Part shown: positions 60,869-64,000 of the stretch, piece by piece
Numbering within the stretch: the stretch's first letter is position 1
How the letters are laid out: every line of letters begins with the position of its first letter
Assembly (NCBI GenBank): GCA_039973095.1
Contig: JBDWLQ010000005.1
Location: forward strand, 183,849-247,848
Direction of reading: 5' to 3'
DNA from: Nitratireductor sp.
GTDB lineage: Bacteria; Pseudomonadota; Alphaproteobacteria; Rhizobiales; Rhizobiaceae
Length of the DNA stretch: 64,000 bases
Translations under genes and position numbers: made by a program
Notes under the pieces: model-generated
Database searches by the model: none
Told to the model about the DNA's origin: nothing
The model's input: only the letters and a program-made list of their open reading frames with translations

Positions 60869-61804
60869 ATGCCGCTTCGTCTCGTCTTCATGGGCACGCC
60901 CGATTTTTCCGTGCCGACGCTGCGCGCCGTTGCCGCGGCCGGACACGACGTCGCGGCCGTTTATACCCAGCCGCCGCGCAAGGCCGGACGGCGCGGGCTG
61001 GAGGTGACCCGATCACCGGTGCACCGCGCCGCCGAGGAACTCGGCCTTCAGGTGCGCACGCCGGCCTCGCTCAAGGGCGCCGACGAGCAGGCCCGCTTTC
61101 GCGATCTGGCGGCCGACGCCGCCGTCGTGGTGGCCTACGGTCTGCTTCTGCCCAGGCCGATCCTCGACGGCGCCCGGCTCGGCTGCTTCAACGGCCATGC
61201 CTCCGCCCTGCCGCGCTGGCGCGGCGCGGCGCCGATCCAGCGCGCGATCATGGCCGGCGACCGCGAGACCGCGATGATGGTGATGAAGATGGAGGAGGGG
61301 CTCGATACCGGTCCCGTCGCCTTGCAAAGGCGGGTCGAGATCGCTCCGGACATGACGGCCGGCGAGCTGCATGACGTTCTGGCGCGCCACTCCGCCACGC
61401 TGATGGTCGAGGCCCTGGCCGCGCTCGAGGCCGGCCGGCTTGCCCTGACGCCGCAGCCGGCCGAAGGCATCACCTACGCCAGAAAGATCGACAAGGGCGA
61501 AACCCGTATCGACTGGGCGCGGCCCGCGGCCGAAATCCACAATCATATTCGCGGCCTGTCGCCGTTTCCCGGCGCCTGGTGCGAGGCGCGCCTGGCCGCC
61601 AAGCCCGAACGGCTGAAAATCCTGCGTTCGGCGCCGGCCGAGGGAACGGGCGCTCCCGGTACCGTGCTCGACGACGCGCTGACGATTGCCTGCGGAACCG
61701 GCGCGGTGCGGCTGGTCGAGCTGCAGCGCGCCGGCGGCAAGCCGATGACGGTCGAGGCCTTTCTGCGCGGCGCGGCGCTGAGCCGGGGAGACAGGGTGTC
61801 ATGA
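60869..61804 (+). CDS. fmt: Methionyl-tRNA formyltransferase
   Basis: 311 aa starting [18 protein letters not shown], with [18 protein letters not shown]. Confidence 0.95.
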   Translation: MPLRLVFMGTPDFSVPTLRAVAAAGHDVAAVYTQPPRKAGRRGLEVTRSPVHRAAEELGLQVRTPASLKGADEQARFRDLAADAAVVVAYGLLLPRPILDGARLGCFNGHASALPRWRGAAPIQRAIMAGDRETAMMVMKMEEGLDTGPVALQRRVEIAPDMTAGELHDVLARHSATLMVEALAALEAGRLALTPQPAEGITYARKIDKGETRIDWARPAAEIHNHIRGLSPFPGAWCEARLAAKPERLKILRSAPAEGTGAPGTVLDDALTIACGTGAVRLVELQRAGGKPMTVEAFLRGAALSRGDRVS

Positions 61805-62301
61805 CGGAACCGCGCATCAGGACGGCGACCGACGCCGACCGCGCGGCGATCTTCACGGTGGAAGAGGCCGCCTTTTCGCGCACCGACGAGGCCGAACTGG
61901 TCGACGCGATCCGCCGCGACGGCGACGCCGTGCTCGAACTGGTCGCCGAACGCGACAATACGGTCGTCGGTCACGTCCTGTTCTCGCGGCTCGTCGTGGA
62001 AGACGGCGCATCCCGCTTTTCGGCCTTTGCGCTGGCGCCGGCCGCAGTTGCCCCGGATTTCCAGGGCCGCGGCATCGGCACGGCCTTGATCCTGGAAGGT
62101 CACCGACGGCTGCGCGCGGCCGGCGAACGGCTTTCCGTTGTTCTCGGCGATCCGGCCTATTACGGCCGCTTCGGGTATACGCACCAGCGCGCGGCCGGAT
62201 TCGAAAGCCTGTTTCAGGGCGACGCGCTCCAGGCGCTTGCCTGGGGCGTCGCGCCGCTGACCGGCCGCCTGGTCTATCCGCGCGCTTTCGGCGTTGGTTG
62301 A
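61801..62301 (+). CDS. GNAT family N-acetyltransferase
   Basis: 166 aa. The ATG overlaps the fmt stop (ATGA). The acetyl-CoA motif is [13 protein letters not shown]. Confidence 0.8.
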   Translation: MTEPRIRTATDADRAAIFTVEEAAFSRTDEAELVDAIRRDGDAVLELVAERDNTVVGHVLFSRLVVEDGASRFSAFALAPAAVAPDFQGRGIGTALILEGHRRLRAAGERLSVVLGDPAYYGRFGYTHQRAAGFESLFQGDALQALAWGVAPLTGRLVYPRAFGVG

Positions 62302-62306
62302 GCGCC

Positions 62307-63050
62307 ATGCCACGCTACCGGCTCGACATCGAATATGACGGCACCGCCTATGCCGGCTGGCAGCGCCAGGCCGACCAGCCCTCCGTGCAGGGCGCGATCG
62401 AGGCGGCGCTGTTCGCCTTTTGCCGCGAACAGGTGACGCTCGGCGGCGCCGGCCGCACCGATGCCGGCGTCCACGCCACCGGGCAGGTCGCGCATTGCGA
62501 CCTTGACCGGGACTGGCCGGCCAACACCGTGCGCGACGCCGTCAACGCCCATCTCCAGATGGCCGGCGAGACGGTCGTTATCCTGGACGCGGCCAGGGTC
62601 GGTCCGGATTTCGATTCGCGCTTCTCCGCCCGCGGCCGGCATTACCTCTACCGCATCATCAATCGCCATCCGCCGCTGACCCTGGAACGAAACTTCGCCT
62701 GGCACGTGAAGAAGGAACTCGACGTCGAGGCCATGCACCGGGCCGCGCAGCGCCTGGTCGGCCATCACGACTTCACCACCTTCCGCTCGGTGCGGTGCCA
62801 GTCGAAAAGCCCGGAAAAGACGCTCGACCGTCTCGACGTGACGCGATCCGGCCCGCTGATCGAGATCCGCGCCTCGGCGCGCTCCTTCCTGCACAACCAG
62901 GTCCGCTCCATGGCCGGCACGCTCAAGCGCGTCGGCGATGGCGGCTGGAGCGCCGACGACGTCAGCGCCGCGCTTGCCGCGCGCGACCGCACCGCCTGCG
63001 GGCCGGTGGCGCCGCCGGGCGGGCTTTGCTTGATCAAGGTCGACTATTGA
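62307..63050 (+). CDS. truA: tRNA pseudouridine(38-40) synthase
   Basis: Starts [21 protein letters not shown], with the catalytic Asp in [11 protein letters not shown]. Confidence 0.93.
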   Translation: MPRYRLDIEYDGTAYAGWQRQADQPSVQGAIEAALFAFCREQVTLGGAGRTDAGVHATGQVAHCDLDRDWPANTVRDAVNAHLQMAGETVVILDAARVGPDFDSRFSARGRHYLYRIINRHPPLTLERNFAWHVKKELDVEAMHRAAQRLVGHHDFTTFRSVRCQSKSPEKTLDRLDVTRSGPLIEIRASARSFLHNQVRSMAGTLKRVGDGGWSADDVSAALAARDRTACGPVAPPGGLCLIKVDY

Positions 63051-63072
63051 ACGGCGCGCCGCGCCCCGGCGA

Positions 63073-63666
63073 TCAGGCCGGCGGCAGCGCGTCGAGACCG
63101 AACAGCGCCTGCAGCGTCAACAGCACGCCGATCGACAGCGCCAGCATCAGCGCGAACACCGCGCTTGCCAGGCCGGCGCCGCGGTCGATCACCGCGTTGG
63201 TCAGCCGCCACGACAAGGCCATCGTCACCAGGAAGGCGGCGAGCGACAGCAGCGCGGCCAGTTCGTCGGCGCCCGGCGCCAGCAGGCGCACCAGCGTTGC
63301 CGGCAGCATCAGCCAGATCAGCAGCGCAGAGCCCCAATTGCTGGCCACCACGTAAGGCACGAAACGGTCGCCGACCCCGAGCGGCTTGGCCACCAAGGCC
63401 AGGACGATTAGCGGCAGCACCCAGGTTGCCAGATCGATCACGCCAAGCAGGAACACGATCCCGAAACGCCCGCCTGCGCCGACCGCGAAATCGCCGGCGA
63501 AGCTTGCCCAGCCGACGGTCAGGGCGGGAACCGCCACCACGATGGCATAGAACGAGTTCCAGAAGCCGTCCGCCGACAGGTCGAACAGACGGATCGCCTC
63601 TGGCTTGCCCATCATCAGCCGCCAGGCGCCGGTCATGTAGGTCTGGATATCCTGGGCTGACGACAT
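63073..63666 (-). CDS. Integral membrane protein of unknown function
   Basis: 197 aa with about five hydrophobic helices and G/C-rich third positions. No family confidently recognised (possibly Yip1-like). Confidence 0.6.
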   Translation of the reverse strand: MSSAQDIQTYMTGAWRLMMGKPEAIRLFDLSADGFWNSFYAIVVAVPALTVGWASFAGDFAVGAGGRFGIVFLLGVIDLATWVLPLIVLALVAKPLGVGDRFVPYVVASNWGSALLIWLMLPATLVRLLAPGADELAALLSLAAFLVTMALSWRLTNAVIDRGAGLASAVFALMLALSIGVLLTLQALFGLDALPPA

Positions 63667-63673
63667 CGGCGGA

Positions 63674-64000
63674 CTACTCGAACCACAGCGCCAGCAGGCG
63701 CTGATAGATCTGCGTCAGCGTCTCCAGGTCGGCCAGCGCCACGTGTTCGTCGACCATGTGCATGGTCTGGCCGACCAGCCCGAATTCGACCACCGGGCAA
63801 TAATCCTTGATGAAGCGGGCATCCGACGTGCCGCCGGTCGTCGACAGTTCCGGCTGGCGCCCGGTCACGTCGCTGACCGCTCTGCGCATCAACGCGATCA
63901 GCTTGTCGTCGTGGGTCACGAACACCGGGCTCGGCCGGTCGCGCCAGTCGAGTTCGAACGACACGGGCTCCGATCGGCCGGGTCGCAGCCGCGTCAGCTG
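63674..64000 (-). CDS. dapE: Succinyl-diaminopimelate desuccinylase, C-terminal part (gene continues beyond the window)
   Basis: The frame is open to the window end. The C-terminus is ...[32 protein letters not shown]...LALWFE, typical of the DapE/M20 family. Confidence 0.8.
   Translation of the reverse strand, partial: QLTRLRPGRSEPVSFELDWRDRPSPVFVTHDDKLIALMRRAVSDVTGRQPELSTTGGTSDARFIKDYCPVVEFGLVGQTMHMVDEHVALADLETLTQIYQRLLALWFE

Overview
The window is a high-GC alphaproteobacterial chromosome segment. Its gene order looks typical of Hyphomicrobiales/Rhizobiales; this is inferred from synteny only, with no database search. The coding content is dense, mostly housekeeping genes arranged in short, often translationally coupled operons: rpsO-pnp; fabI-fabB-fabA divergent from irr; the replication block rpsT-dnaA-dnaN-recF; mutM/deoB; a complete Flp/Tad (Cpa/Ctp-type) pilus locus at about 23.0-36.5 kb; a yejABEF-type peptide ABC importer with two tandem binding proteins; cycM, kdsB, pheA, nudC and a HIT protein; SRP RNA (ffs)-dnaX-ybaB; recR-rmuC; def-fmt-truA; and the 3' part of dapE. 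I saw no transposase, integrase, tRNA, rRNA, CRISPR array, long repeat or recognisable phage-defence or toxin-antitoxin module. I did not find a convincing new multi-gene system. The candidates most worth follow-up are: (1) a ThiF/MoeB-type E1-like enzyme translationally coupled to a split aconitase-X pair; (2) an unrecognised secreted protein inserted inside the Tad locus; (3) a stand-alone secretin N-domain paralog with two TadE-like pseudopilins and CtrA-like boxes in the pilin control region; (4) two divergent tandem YejA-like binding proteins, one with a Tat-type and one with a Sec-type leader; (5) a MarR-type regulator overlapping an NlpC/P60 hydrolase gene; (6) a long, locally AT-rich dnaA leader. 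Many long ORFs in the six-frame track are antisense shadows typical of high-GC DNA and were rejected. All family assignments come from reading motifs by eye, and start codons are my best choices.
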